From assembly GCA_001780275.1 (NCBI GenBank), contig MFGB01000023.1:5375-69374 (forward strand): a stretch of 64,000 nucleotides of DNA, given 5' to 3'. Below are positions 46,786-57,170 of the stretch, piece by piece; position 1 is the stretch's first letter, and each line of letters starts with the position of its first letter. Both the position numbers and the translations under genes were made by a program. The notes beneath the pieces are model-generated. The model did not search any database. It had not been told where the DNA came from and worked only from the letters and a program-made list of their open reading frames with translations. This DNA is from Candidatus Falkowbacteria bacterium RIFOXYA2_FULL_47_19. GTDB lineage: Bacteria; Patescibacteriota; Patescibacteriia; Patescibacteriales; UBA12075.

Positions 46786-48772
46786 AGGCATTCCACCATT
46801 TGGAACAATCTTCACAGCGAGCGTAGATGGTAAATAATTTACCGTCTTTAAAAAACGCCGCTGTTTTTTCATACTCGTACGCTTCCGTGTCGCTCTCCTG
46901 ATATACAACTATTGCCTCATTGCCATCGATATCTATTCTGTCATCAACTACCGTCCGCAGATAATGTCCGCCCCCGTCTTCATACATTTTAGCTAGCTGT
47001 TCATTCTTTTTGACGAACCATTCATCCAAAGTGTTAACATCGGGATTGTCTAATATACTAATTGAGGCTAAACCTGGTCCTCCGTTTGGCACAACAAAAG
47101 TAACAACCTTATCGATCAACTCTTCTCCGCCACCCATTCTTTCCGAATATTTTCTTATATCATCATTTATTATTCTCACTTTCAAATTTGACGGATAATC
47201 CATGGTAAAGCCATATTCATCGTCCTTGTATTGCCAATAAATATTTTCGCCCGCTTCAATCGGCCTGAAACTTTTATCATCCATTTTTAGATCAGCTAAA
47301 ACTTCGTCTATACCGTAATATATCAAACCGTAGTCTTCCCTAGACGGCATCTCGCCCTCTGCCACGGTGATTATGTAATCATCGGTCTGGTATATCGGCC
47401 GTTGGTTGTCCTGGCTATAAATTTTATCAAGCCCGAAAGAACGCGGATAAAAAGAAAGCGAAAATAAAAACTTTATATCACCGCCGTTAACATGATCAAA
47501 CTGTAAACTTTTTTTATCCTCGTCCTCTACGTGTCTGATATTTACATTTTCAGACCACGCTGGCGGGTAATTAATTTCAAGACCGCTTAAAGCGTCTTTA
47601 AAATAACCCTGCCTACTTCTTCGCTCATCGCAGACAGCGGTGCATATGCCGTTATCACACCTGGTGGTCGGACATTTCATGCAACTGTAAACACAGGTTG
47701 AGTCAAATGAATCGACGAGCCCCCCGATTCTCTCCGCTTCATCCTTGTTAACGAAGGCATGGCACCCGAACGGGCACTGGCCGCCCGTGCCCGCAAAAGC
47801 GTCCTGGCAATCCGAATCAATCTGGCAATAATTGGCTTTTCTGATTTCCTTTATGATGTAGGCGGCTTTGATTTTATCCCTTATTAAAAATGCCGATATC
47901 AAAACAAGAAGAAGGGCTATCAGTGATACTTTAAAAATAGTTTTACCCTTAGGTCTTCTGAATATATTTTTAAATAAAAAAGATAGAGCGATAAAACCAA
48001 GAAGCCCGAGTCCCAGGATCACGACATAGGGAGCAACCGCAATATAACTAAAATACAAATACATTTCGTCTTGAAAAAATACTCTGACCGCTTCGGCGTT
48101 GGATAAAAACACGAGTGAAAAAAGCAGATTATACACCCAGATAAAATAATTGTATTTTGAATCTTTAATTTGGCTTTTTGCGTAAGAAAAAAACAATACC
48201 AGATAAAGAGCCAAGAAAAGGCTGGTAACCGGCAATTCCAGTTTCCAGCGTCCATGACGAGGAAAACCGATCGCAAAAACAAAATAAAAATTAGCAGCCA
48301 GCAAAAAAAACGCTCCTAGGGCAAATGATTTTAGAAACGATATTTCCAAATTGATTTTGAATTTTCTTTCTGGGAAAAATACCAGATTTACCCCCCTGAC
48401 CACGAGCCCGATAAGCCCACCAGAAAAATAAATGCCCGCTAAACCGAGATGCCCCACCATCTCGTCAAAGTCTTTGAACGGATTGAAATAATCAAATATC
48501 GGAGCATTTACATTGTCACCAAAATAGACAAAGAGTTTTACTAAAAATATAGTCGCTAAACTGAAAACGAAAGCACTCGCAATTAATTTAGGCAGATACT
48601 TGTAGCTCCTGTCTTCGTCTTGCAAAAGAACCGCCAGTGCTCCCGCCAATACAGGAAACAAAGCAAAAACTGGAGCCCAATTCCAAGTATAAGCTAAAAG
48701 ATTGTCGACATTCAAAAATAAAAGAAATCCGATTATAGTGGTAGATAGATTTAATGTTATAAGTTTTTTCAT
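46763..48772 (-). CDS. polytopic membrane protein with a Cys-rich and beta-rich extracytoplasmic C-terminal region
   Basis: About 9-10 TM segments, a Cys cluster ('CQIDSDCQDAF...CPFGCHAF...CVYSCMKCPTTRCDNGICTAVC') and two 'F.(M/I).YP' type domains. Confidence 0.6.
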   Translation of the reverse strand: MKKLITLNLSTTIIGFLLFLNVDNLLAYTWNWAPVFALFPVLAGALAVLLQDEDRSYKYLPKLIASAFVFSLATIFLVKLFVYFGDNVNAPIFDYFNPFKDFDEMVGHLGLAGIYFSGGLIGLVVRGVNLVFFPERKFKINLEISFLKSFALGAFFLLAANFYFVFAIGFPRHGRWKLELPVTSLFLALYLVLFFSYAKSQIKDSKYNYFIWVYNLLFSLVFLSNAEAVRVFFQDEMYLYFSYIAVAPYVVILGLGLLGFIALSFLFKNIFRRPKGKTIFKVSLIALLLVLISAFLIRDKIKAAYIIKEIRKANYCQIDSDCQDAFAGTGGQCPFGCHAFVNKDEAERIGGLVDSFDSTCVYSCMKCPTTRCDNGICTAVCDERRSRQGYFKDALSGLEINYPPAWSENVNIRHVEDEDKKSLQFDHVNGGDIKFLFSLSFYPRSFGLDKIYSQDNQRPIYQTDDYIITVAEGEMPSREDYGLIYYGIDEVLADLKMDDKSFRPIEAGENIYWQYKDDEYGFTMDYPSNLKVRIINDDIRKYSERMGGGEELIDKVVTFVVPNGGPGLASISILDNPDVNTLDEWFVKKNEQLAKMYEDGGGHYLRTVVDDRIDIDGNEAIVVYQESDTEAYEYEKTAAFFKDGKLFTIYARCEDCSKWWNAFKSVSLE

Positions 48773-49152
48773 GATAATTTTTTATCAACATCTTGTTTCT
48801 TAAACTCCTTTCGCTTATTAATCTTTTTCTTAAAAAACAAAACTAAACGGCCCAGCAAATAGCCGATAAAAAAATACTGCAAGATGCCAACGATAAAAAG
48901 AAAAATAGTCTGCGGGACTATGGAATCGCTCGTTAAAAAAGGCGACAAAATAAAACTCCCTAAGGTAGGCAAAAGAATTGAGGACGGCATATGAAGTATC
49001 ATCAAGCCCAAAAGCCCTTCTTCAAATATTCCTGGACGATAATTCAATAACCCGTAAGCAACAAACCAAACCCAAAGCCCCAAATCAAGCAGCGCCGTAA
49101 TGAGACCGAAAAACACCGGGAGAGATATTTTGTTTTTTATTTTTTTAAACAT
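48769..49152 (-). CDS. small 4-TM membrane protein
   Basis: Hydrophobic throughout. A 4-nt overlap with the downstream gene suggests co-translation. Confidence 0.5.
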   Translation of the reverse strand: MFKKIKNKISLPVFFGLITALLDLGLWVWFVAYGLLNYRPGIFEEGLLGLMILHMPSSILLPTLGSFILSPFLTSDSIVPQTIFLFIVGILQYFFIGYLLGRLVLFFKKKINKRKEFKKQDVDKKLS

Positions 49153-49167
49153 AAATTTTTATTTTTT

Positions 49168-50340
49168 TTACAGCAAAACAATATCATCAACGATATTTTT
49201 ATATAGCTTTTCAAATGGTGTGTCAGAAAAATAAAAAATATTAACAATATAACCTTGATTCTCTACGTATATATTATTACCGATACCGCCGGAAAACGGG
49301 TCGCTAATCTTGATTAGCAGGGCCGGTTTTTCGTCTACAAGTATTTCGTGCTGAGAATAGACAGGATACATCTCTTTGTCAGTTGTCTTTTGTTCGATAT
49401 CATTCATTACTCTTTCATATTCTTCCTGAGTTATTCTTTCAATTCTTAGCGATGAAAAAATTCTACCTGATGGGTCTTGATTTGCAACTTCAAGCGGCGT
49501 TATCATGATGCGGTTTTGCGAGTCAATTTCTTCGATAGAAAAATTATCGAGATACGGGAAACTGACTCCCAGATCTTTATTCTTGTATTTGTTTTGTTCT
49601 ATTTTTTTATAACCCCGCACCGTCCAAACCTGTCCGTCCGAATCCCAATAAGAAACAAGATAAATTTCCGCATTGTTCTTTTTATTTTCCAAGAGCACCG
49701 TAGCCTGAGAAAAACCGGTATCTTCATCACTGCTGGATGCAATCAAAGTCAGCCTGTCAAAAGCTCCCATGCTCAAATACTTTAAATCGCCTTTCTCAAG
49801 TTCATAATCGGCTACGGCCATAGGATTGGTTCTCCATTCCAAAACACCCTCATAATAGAGCGACTGGTATATTTTCTGGACTTCTTTTTCCAGTCTGGGG
49901 GTAACTTTAACCATATTATCGTCATACATTTCATCAATCTGCTGTTGCCGTAAAAACCTTATATCATGTTCCATTACAGAGGCTTTCATGGGAAGATAAA
50001 AAATTACAAAGGCCAGAAGAATAGATAATACGGTATTTATGAATCCCGCTCTTCCCGCTTTCTTATCCTTACGATAGAATATCCAAACAAATATCGAGAA
50101 AAGCAATATCACCCCCAATATTGGCAAGAACGGCATTAGAAAAAAAGTTATATAATTGAAATCAAAAAATTTTACCATGCCACTGCCGAAATTATCATTA
50201 AATGTCCGCCCCGACATGCAGCCAAGCCATAATAACTTTGGCACCGCAAACATTACATAAACTAAAAATGACAAAAAAATTAATAAAACCGACAAAAAAT
50301 AGACAAAAATTTTATTAATTACCAATAACCCCTTTTTCAT
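49168..50340 (-). CDS. membrane protein with an extracytoplasmic C-terminal domain
   Basis: About 4 N-terminal TM segments, then a soluble domain. No recognisable motif. Confidence 0.55.
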   Translation of the reverse strand: MKKGLLVINKIFVYFLSVLLIFLSFLVYVMFAVPKLLWLGCMSGRTFNDNFGSGMVKFFDFNYITFFLMPFLPILGVILLFSIFVWIFYRKDKKAGRAGFINTVLSILLAFVIFYLPMKASVMEHDIRFLRQQQIDEMYDDNMVKVTPRLEKEVQKIYQSLYYEGVLEWRTNPMAVADYELEKGDLKYLSMGAFDRLTLIASSSDEDTGFSQATVLLENKKNNAEIYLVSYWDSDGQVWTVRGYKKIEQNKYKNKDLGVSFPYLDNFSIEEIDSQNRIMITPLEVANQDPSGRIFSSLRIERITQEEYERVMNDIEQKTTDKEMYPVYSQHEILVDEKPALLIKISDPFSGGIGNNIYVENQGYIVNIFYFSDTPFEKLYKNIVDDIVLL

Positions 50341-50412
50341 AAATAATTTTAATTAATTTCTTGTATATTCTTAATTATAGTCTTTTCAATTCAATTCCGC
50401 AACCTTTCAATC

Positions 50413-50443
50413 AAAAAATACAGCTAACGTTGGCTGTATTTTT
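50413..50443. terminator. bidirectional hairpin terminator
   Basis: AAAAATACAGC-taacgttg-GCTGTATTTTT. Confidence 0.6.
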
Positions 50444-50499
50444 ACGAACACGGGGCGGGCGGCGTTCGAACCAGTAATCGCATTTAGCCACCCTTAACT

Positions 50500-51951
50500 T
50501 TATTTTTTATTTTGAAGCAGGGCAACAAAACTATTATTACTCACAACCAGTTCCCATCCGTATTTACCGAAAAGTTTTTTAAGTTGATCAAAATTTACTT
50601 CCTTGTTTTCTATATCTTCTTCCTCTGAAAAGGTTCCTCGCCAGATGGTTCCGATCCGCGAAACCCTTGTAATTTCCTGAAAATATTCTTCAATCTTTTT
50701 TAGCGTAGACGGCAAAAACGCCGGAAAAGATTCCACGCTCAAAAGACGATTAAAACTATCGGTTTTAAAAGAAAGCGCGCCAAAATCGCCTGACACCAAA
50801 TTAGATATTTTTTCGTCTGGTTGCTGATAGGCTAACCTGTGGTCAAGGCCTACGCAGCTAATATTTTTCTCTTTGTATTTATTATTAATTTCTTCAGTTA
50901 CTTTACCCAACCCGGATCCAAGATCCAATATCTTTGCCCCTTTTTCAAAAAAACCATCCAAACCACCAAATAAATTTTTCTCTGGCCAATCCCATTCAAA
51001 ATTAATTGACTTATTTCTTTCCCCTCCCTGTTTTGCCGGCAAATAATGCTCGAGCGTATGATAATATTTTTTATACCCAAATCTCTCATACGCTTTCGAC
51101 GGATCTTCTGGTCTTTTATTCAACCACTTGTAATGCTCTGCTTCTGGAGAATCCTTAAAAATCATTTCTTTATAATCTTTTAACATCCTCATGTTATAAG
51201 CATGCCACCCAGCATCATCATACCCATCGGGTCTGGGAATGTCAGGAACCCCGAATCTCTTTGCCGGTTGTATTTTTTCCTTAGTGATTTTTACATCACA
51301 ATATTCAATGCCACCCCCTTCATACTCTCTTAAAAATTTAACCTGAAAATCACGGCTAAGCACCTTTAATTCGCTCTTCTTTAAACTCGTAATATAAGCC
51401 GAGCCCCCTGGTCGCAATAAATCGCAGATTGAACTTAAATTTTCTTCCCTGCTTTTTTCATCGTTCAAATAACGCATTGAAGCTACACAATCGATAATAA
51501 TATCAAAAGATCCCGGCCCAAAAGGCAATTGCGGCGCTAAAGCCGCCACGCTATTTGAACCGCTCTCTTTTATCTTTTTCAACCTCTTACTTTGAAATTC
51601 ATCAGGATTTTTTACAGTCATATCCTTGCCCCATTTCATTTTGGGCTGCCCCCTCTCTTTATACTGGGCAATTGAATTACCGAGCTTTTCTATATACCAA
51701 TCTCCACTCGCCAAATCTTTGAAATCCATTCCGAGAGTAGGGTCAATCGACACGATCTTCAAATCACCTCTTTTGCCCCTTAGTTCTTCTTCGAACTTTT
51801 GATAAAGTCCGCTGCCTATATTCAAAACCATGCCATCTTTGGGAAATTTATCGATTTCGCTTTCTTCAATTCCCATATCTTCAAGTACTTGCTCTAAGCC
51901 CCTGTCTGTCACTGATAATTCCCCTATTTTTTCTAAATTGATTTTTTCCAT
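50500..51951 (-). CDS. protein with two class I SAM-methyltransferase-like domains
   Basis: Two motif-I-like segments ('MVLNIGSGLYQ', 'AKILDLGSGLGKV'), each followed by acidic motif-II-like strands. Confidence 0.55.
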   Translation of the reverse strand: MEKINLEKIGELSVTDRGLEQVLEDMGIEESEIDKFPKDGMVLNIGSGLYQKFEEELRGKRGDLKIVSIDPTLGMDFKDLASGDWYIEKLGNSIAQYKERGQPKMKWGKDMTVKNPDEFQSKRLKKIKESGSNSVAALAPQLPFGPGSFDIIIDCVASMRYLNDEKSREENLSSICDLLRPGGSAYITSLKKSELKVLSRDFQVKFLREYEGGGIEYCDVKITKEKIQPAKRFGVPDIPRPDGYDDAGWHAYNMRMLKDYKEMIFKDSPEAEHYKWLNKRPEDPSKAYERFGYKKYYHTLEHYLPAKQGGERNKSINFEWDWPEKNLFGGLDGFFEKGAKILDLGSGLGKVTEEINNKYKEKNISCVGLDHRLAYQQPDEKISNLVSGDFGALSFKTDSFNRLLSVESFPAFLPSTLKKIEEYFQEITRVSRIGTIWRGTFSEEEDIENKEVNFDQLKKLFGKYGWELVVSNNSFVALLQNKK

Positions 51952-52001
51952 TTATTTTAAACTAAACGTATTATATATAACAATATCACAAAAGTGTTCC
52001 A

Positions 52002-52369
52002 TTGTCATCTGTTTCAAACGAAAAAAATCCGCCGATGTCAACAGAGCATTTTATCGCGATCTACCTGAGCGCCCGGCACGGCGTAATCAAAACGGAATTA
52101 GTCAGTCTCGGCACTCTCACTGCCAGCATCGTCCACCCGCACGAGGTTTTCCGGCCGGCTATCATGAGCCGGGCCTCAAGCATCATCGCTCTCCATAATC
52201 ATCCCTCGGGCGATGTCTCCCCCTCTGAATCGGATATTGAACTGACTAAGCGATTAAAAAATGCCGGGCCTGTCCTGAGTTTATCGAAGGGCAACTCGCC
52301 GGCATTGAAGTTTTGGATCATGTGATATTTTGCGCGGGAAAAAAATTTTATTCTATCGACGGCAAATAA
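52002..52369 (+). pseudogene. JAB-only RadC-like gene disrupted by a 23-nt insertion
   Basis: 'EHFIAIYLSARHGVIKTELVSLGTLTASIVHPHEVFRPAI...ALHNHPSGDVSPSESDIELTKRLKNAGPVL', then a frame break. The expected continuation GIEVLDHVIFCAGKKFYSIDGK* is in another frame from 52301. Removing 52278-52300 restores '..AGPVLGIEVLDH..'. Confidence 0.65.
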
Positions 52370-52485
52370 ATATCTCAATAAAAATTACTTATACTTCTAT
52401 ATTGTTTCAATCACCTTTTTCAAATTTTCCTCCGCCCCGGGGGTATTCTAAAAAACCATTTTTACCATAAACGGTATTTTATTAA

Positions 52486-53184
52486 TTAAGTTTCCAGAAC
52501 GCATTGTCTAATATTTTCACACCCGTTATTATCTTTATACTTAATAAAATAATCTATCTCTTCAGATTTCACATTACTTGATTTGATAAACTCGATTAAC
52601 TTTCTGGTCCATTCATTCCCCATTTGGTCATTAGTATATTTGACATCAACTACCTGAAAATCACCACCTCTTAAAAATACTGTTGCTCCATTATCAACAA
52701 TTGAATCAGTCTTAGAATTGTAAAATTTTACTTGAGGCAAAAAACTAAATTCTGAATTTTTTATACTTAATACTAATAAAGGTTTTTCTATGCTACCACT
52801 GCAAGAAGATTTATTAAAAATTTTAAAAGAAAGATAGAAGTCATAATCTTGATTTATTAATATACTGATAGGACCCTTCTTAATTCTTGTTAAAGCGCTC
52901 TCTCCATTTTCGTATTTACGGTTAAAACAACTAACCAGATTTATATCAGACATTTTTAAATCAGACTTCATTTGATATGCTGTCATTTTGGCCATCTCCC
53001 TTGTTTGATGAGCATAAAAACCAGTGATAATAACAAGAACTAAAGTAATAATTGCAAGTAAAAAATTAGAATAATCATTTAAAGTGTCAATATAAATATA
53101 TGCCAAACGACCAGATGTAAATAACACAATCAATAGTCCTGCTATTAACAAATTTTTTCTAGAAAATATTTTTTTCATATACAT
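52486..53184 (-). CDS. 2-TM membrane protein with a beta-rich C-terminal domain; likely operon partner of the giant protein
   Basis: There is a 9-nt gap to the stop of 53194-57012. Two N-terminal TM helices. Confidence 0.5.
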   Translation of the reverse strand: MYMKKIFSRKNLLIAGLLIVLFTSGRLAYIYIDTLNDYSNFLLAIITLVLVIITGFYAHQTREMAKMTAYQMKSDLKMSDINLVSCFNRKYENGESALTRIKKGPISILINQDYDFYLSFKIFNKSSCSGSIEKPLLVLSIKNSEFSFLPQVKFYNSKTDSIVDNGATVFLRGGDFQVVDVKYTNDQMGNEWTRKLIEFIKSSNVKSEEIDYFIKYKDNNGCENIRQCVLET

Positions 53185-53193
53185 AGATTATTG

Positions 53194-56100
53194 TTAATCC
53201 TTTCTTTTGGTAATATACCCATATACCCTATTTTCAAGAATTTTATATCGTATATCTATATTTACTTGATGTATCAAAGCAGAATGATTAATCTTGTATC
53301 TACAAATTGATAAAAATTTATTCCCCCACTCTATTTTATTTCTTTTATTCAATATTGGTATATATAATTTAGGAAATATTATCTCTAATTGATTATCGGT
53401 TACACTAAAATTCTTTAATAGATACAAAACAACATCAGAGGCAACATTTATAACTGAATTTATATTTGTTCCGTATTCTTCGGACCATATTAAGTTTAAA
53501 TTCAGTTTATCAATGTTCTTCGGATTTATAATTAGATTATTTTCAGTACCAACAAACATACATTTGATAATTTCTTCGGCACTTGTTGGTAGAAATCTTT
53601 CCCTATAAACAGTCAGCCAATGAAATGTTTCCAAATATTCATCCCAGGTAATCTTATTTGAATCAAGAAGAACACGAATTATAACCCATAAAGAAAAATA
53701 TATCGGTTGATTTTTGCCTGTTAGCCGGGAATTATAAGTTAAATATGAAAAATCTTCAGTCATCACAATCACATCGCCATCTTTTTGTTGCGCTTTTATG
53801 CAAGCATCTGATACTGATGGTAAAATTCTTTTTTCAATTTCGTTTTCATTTCTTTCACTATCAGCAACGCCAAAAATTTTTGCGTTTTTATTAATATAAT
53901 CATTAAATCCACACAATACTTCCTTAATTTTTTCTGAGCTTTCTTGGTCGTATTGCGAAAAATGAACATCACTTCCTCTCATACCAATTTGCATTGATCC
54001 TCTTTTAGGTACATTAGAAAACTTTTCTATCAGCCTCTTGTATTCCAACATAGCTGAAAATGGAACGTAATAATCTGGTAAATTAGATAAAACTTTCTTA
54101 TAGCTGCCGGACTCTAACAACATAAATAATGAAGTTCCATCTATAAAAACTTTTCTTCCCTGAATTGCCATAATAGCTTTTTCCTTTTGACTGTTTATGT
54201 CTTCCTGACTAAAATTAATATTAACAAATCCTTTTTTGTTAAATCTTATTTTTGAAAAAGCTTCTCCTATATTACCAACCAAAGATATATAAAAACTAAA
54301 AGGCAGTTTATTATTGACATACATCTTATAACATTCATTTTCTTTACCCATAAACTTCAACATCGATTCTTTTATTGATTCAGGTGTAGTACCAACTTCA
54401 ATCATTTTCATATAAGGACTTCCAGCTTTGCCCATTTTCTCCATAAGTTTAAAACCTTGAAATCCGATATAGTCTTCGATTATTCTTATATCTTCTACTT
54501 TTCTTTTTATTTTAACCATCCTACCATCGTCTCCGGCCCATTCAATTTTATCTCCAAGTTTTACATTTATTAAAGCCTTGTACCTTCTATCATTTTTGTT
54601 ATTAAGCTGAACTGCATTTAGAGGACTTCCTTCTCCCATAAAAAACCAATCTTCAATTTTTTCTAATTTTACAAAAACACCATCACTAATAATTTTAGGT
54701 CGTTCAAACTCAAAATCAAAAATATTTTGTATGATCATAAGCTGATAAGAAACAGCACCCAAACACTGATCATCAATCTTCTCAACACTTTTTATTGCAT
54801 TAACTGCAGCTTCAATTGACTCTTTTTTTAATTTCTTTGCTAAATATATTTCAGATTCCTTTATATATAGGCGGAAATCTTTTTTTACATCACTATATTG
54901 TTTGGATAAATTAAATGCATCGTTTCCATTACCGTCAGATAACAAAATATCCAAACAAATAAATAATATATAACTCTGGCCAGAGGGACTAATCTTATCT
55001 TTATTTTCTAAAACTTTTTTTCCATTTGATAAAGCGTCCGGAAATTCCCCTAAATTATATTGTGCGATAACCAAATTTGCTAAAAACGAAAATTCTTCTT
55101 GAGGATAAGCCCCCAACATCAATAATCTCTGTAGAGTATCTCTCTCAATGTTTGGATATATGCCAATGAACTTTGCTACTTCAAATGCTAACCGACAAAT
55201 TATTGGATCAGCCTTCTTGATGTTTATTTTTTTTACTACCTCAATTGCAGCATCATATTCTTTGTTGTCATACAGCAATCCGAGTTGCACTCTATGCAAC
55301 AAAGATTTCCAATCATTTCCTATCTTATTAATAAAACTATTAATTAAATCGATTTTAAATTCAAATTCCTTGATACTTATTATAATTTTGACTTTTTTAT
55401 TATCTTCAAATTTACTGATCTTCTCTTTTATTGTTTGCTTATTGCCCGATTCGATTGCTTCAAGCAATTCCTTTTCCTCGTAAGCTTTGCCAATTTTGCA
55501 TAGTTTTTTCAGCCTCGAATAATCATTAAAATAAGTAATCCCATTTACCGCCAAAATAAATAATAAATTCTTAGATGGTTTTTTTCTGGAATTTTCTATA
55601 TATACCAATATATTTTCAATAACATCTTTTGACAGCAAAGATTGCGCGCCATCCAAAATCTCGCATAATACATTGTCGTTATATGAATCAAAATATGACC
55701 CCAAAATGTAAGATAGTAATGTTTTTAAATTTTGACGAATTTTATTCTCATCAGCATTCGGATGTTGTAAAAAGAAAAAATTCATTTTCAAACGTTCAAT
55801 TTCTAACTTTCTTTTAACTACATCATCTTTGACTGTATAATTCTCTAAACTCTCAATCTCTTTCTGTAATATAATTGCCTCAGAAAAAAAATCAAAATCA
55901 CTATTTTCATTTTTCAATGCTAATAAGTCAAAAATTTTAAATCCAACTTTTTGAATCTTGTAATGTATATAACTAGAGTCTGTTTCTATGGCCTTCTCAA
56001 GATAGCTATCCCTTTTATCTTTATCCTGTTGTAATGAAATTGAATGTATATAATAACAATGTGCTCTCTCCCAGGTACCATCTTCCCCCCAAATTTCATC

Positions 56101-57012
56101 ATCTGGAATTTCTATTTTCTTTTCGGTTTTTAATCTTTTTACATACTTTAAATTGTAAATTACAGGGTGATCTGGAGTTATCTCTTTGGCCTTTTTGTAA
56201 TAGCGACCAAATGAATCATAATTATCTACTTGCAAATAAATATCAGCTAAATATAAATATGGCCTAATTTCTTTTGAAAATTCTTTAATAATTTCTTTAT
56301 TTTTAATTATTGCTTCTTCAATTTTTTCAGCCTCTTGATAGGCCTTTGCCTCAAGAGTTAAAAAGTCTATATATACATCTTGTTCATTATTGATAGAAAT
56401 AAAGTGCTTTAATTGATTCAGAATATCTATCACTCTGTTCGGTTGACCGTTCCTTGCATATTTTCTGCAACGCTTTATTATCTTTTTTAAGCCTTTTGAA
56501 ATTATCTTTTGATCGCTTTCATTTAAATTCTTTTTATTTTTAATATCATCTAAAACTAATAATATTTCTTCGGTATTTTTTTTAGTTAGTTTTATATCCT
56601 CCAAATCATTATTTTGAAGCGAATTTTTGTCAATTTGATATTTTATTAAAAATAAAAATATTAATATTAATACGAAGTCAGTAAATACAACTAATTGGCT
56701 ACCTCCAAAAAATAAAACTAATATATCAATTAAAATTTCAATAAAAAAATTAAGACCGTATTCAAGTTTAATACGATATACAATTTCCAATATTTGATCA
56801 GATAAACCAAAAACACCTAACTGAGACAAAAAATGCACAATTAGAAAAAACAGAATTGTAGTCAAGGATTTTTGCCTTGAATAGACAATTTTTATAATTT
56901 CTAATATTTGATACAGAAATTCTTTCATATAATGTCTCCATTTTAAGCATGATGAAATACTTAATGTAACCCCTAAGTTGATGCTAATATTTGAGATTTT
57001 ATAGTAAGTCAA
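53194..57012 (-). CDS. giant protein: N-terminal TM region + TPR-like helical repeats + GreA/B C-terminal-like domain + PIN-like domain
   Basis: TM helices lie in the first ~130 aa, followed by long helical-repeat regions. 'GVFVKLEKIEDWFF...YKALINVKLGDKIEWAGDDGRMVKIKRKVEDIRII' parallels the GreA C-domain ('FGATVTV...[30 protein letters not shown]'). After that come the PIN-like acidic strands 'KVFIDGTSLFML', 'PSVSDACI' and 'VIVMTEDFSYL'. Confidence 0.55.
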   Translation of the reverse strand: MTYYKISNISINLGVTLSISSCLKWRHYMKEFLYQILEIIKIVYSRQKSLTTILFFLIVHFLSQLGVFGLSDQILEIVYRIKLEYGLNFFIEILIDILVLFFGGSQLVVFTDFVLILIFLFLIKYQIDKNSLQNNDLEDIKLTKKNTEEILLVLDDIKNKKNLNESDQKIISKGLKKIIKRCRKYARNGQPNRVIDILNQLKHFISINNEQDVYIDFLTLEAKAYQEAEKIEEAIIKNKEIIKEFSKEIRPYLYLADIYLQVDNYDSFGRYYKKAKEITPDHPVIYNLKYVKRLKTEKKIEIPDDEIWGEDGTWERAHCYYIHSISLQQDKDKRDSYLEKAIETDSSYIHYKIQKVGFKIFDLLALKNENSDFDFFSEAIILQKEIESLENYTVKDDVVKRKLEIERLKMNFFFLQHPNADENKIRQNLKTLLSYILGSYFDSYNDNVLCEILDGAQSLLSKDVIENILVYIENSRKKPSKNLLFILAVNGITYFNDYSRLKKLCKIGKAYEEKELLEAIESGNKQTIKEKISKFEDNKKVKIIISIKEFEFKIDLINSFINKIGNDWKSLLHRVQLGLLYDNKEYDAAIEVVKKINIKKADPIICRLAFEVAKFIGIYPNIERDTLQRLLMLGAYPQEEFSFLANLVIAQYNLGEFPDALSNGKKVLENKDKISPSGQSYILFICLDILLSDGNGNDAFNLSKQYSDVKKDFRLYIKESEIYLAKKLKKESIEAAVNAIKSVEKIDDQCLGAVSYQLMIIQNIFDFEFERPKIISDGVFVKLEKIEDWFFMGEGSPLNAVQLNNKNDRRYKALINVKLGDKIEWAGDDGRMVKIKRKVEDIRIIEDYIGFQGFKLMEKMGKAGSPYMKMIEVGTTPESIKESMLKFMGKENECYKMYVNNKLPFSFYISLVGNIGEAFSKIRFNKKGFVNINFSQEDINSQKEKAIMAIQGRKVFIDGTSLFMLLESGSYKKVLSNLPDYYVPFSAMLEYKRLIEKFSNVPKRGSMQIGMRGSDVHFSQYDQESSEKIKEVLCGFNDYINKNAKIFGVADSERNENEIEKRILPSVSDACIKAQQKDGDVIVMTEDFSYLTYNSRLTGKNQPIYFSLWVIIRVLLDSNKITWDEYLETFHWLTVYRERFLPTSAEEIIKCMFVGTENNLIINPKNIDKLNLNLIWSEEYGTNINSVINVASDVVLYLLKNFSVTDNQLEIIFPKLYIPILNKRNKIEWGNKFLSICRYKINHSALIHQVNIDIRYKILENRVYGYITKRKD

Positions 57013-57170
57013 AGCTACTTAAATCCGTTAACGCACCCGTTAACGTTTATAACCTTCATAATTTAACCTGTTTCATTAAATGCGATATACGCTCGGTAAT
57101 TACCACCTTGTTCTCTAGGTAATAGGATCTTGCTGAAAAAAATTTATCGAAGTATCCCCAAAATTCCACA

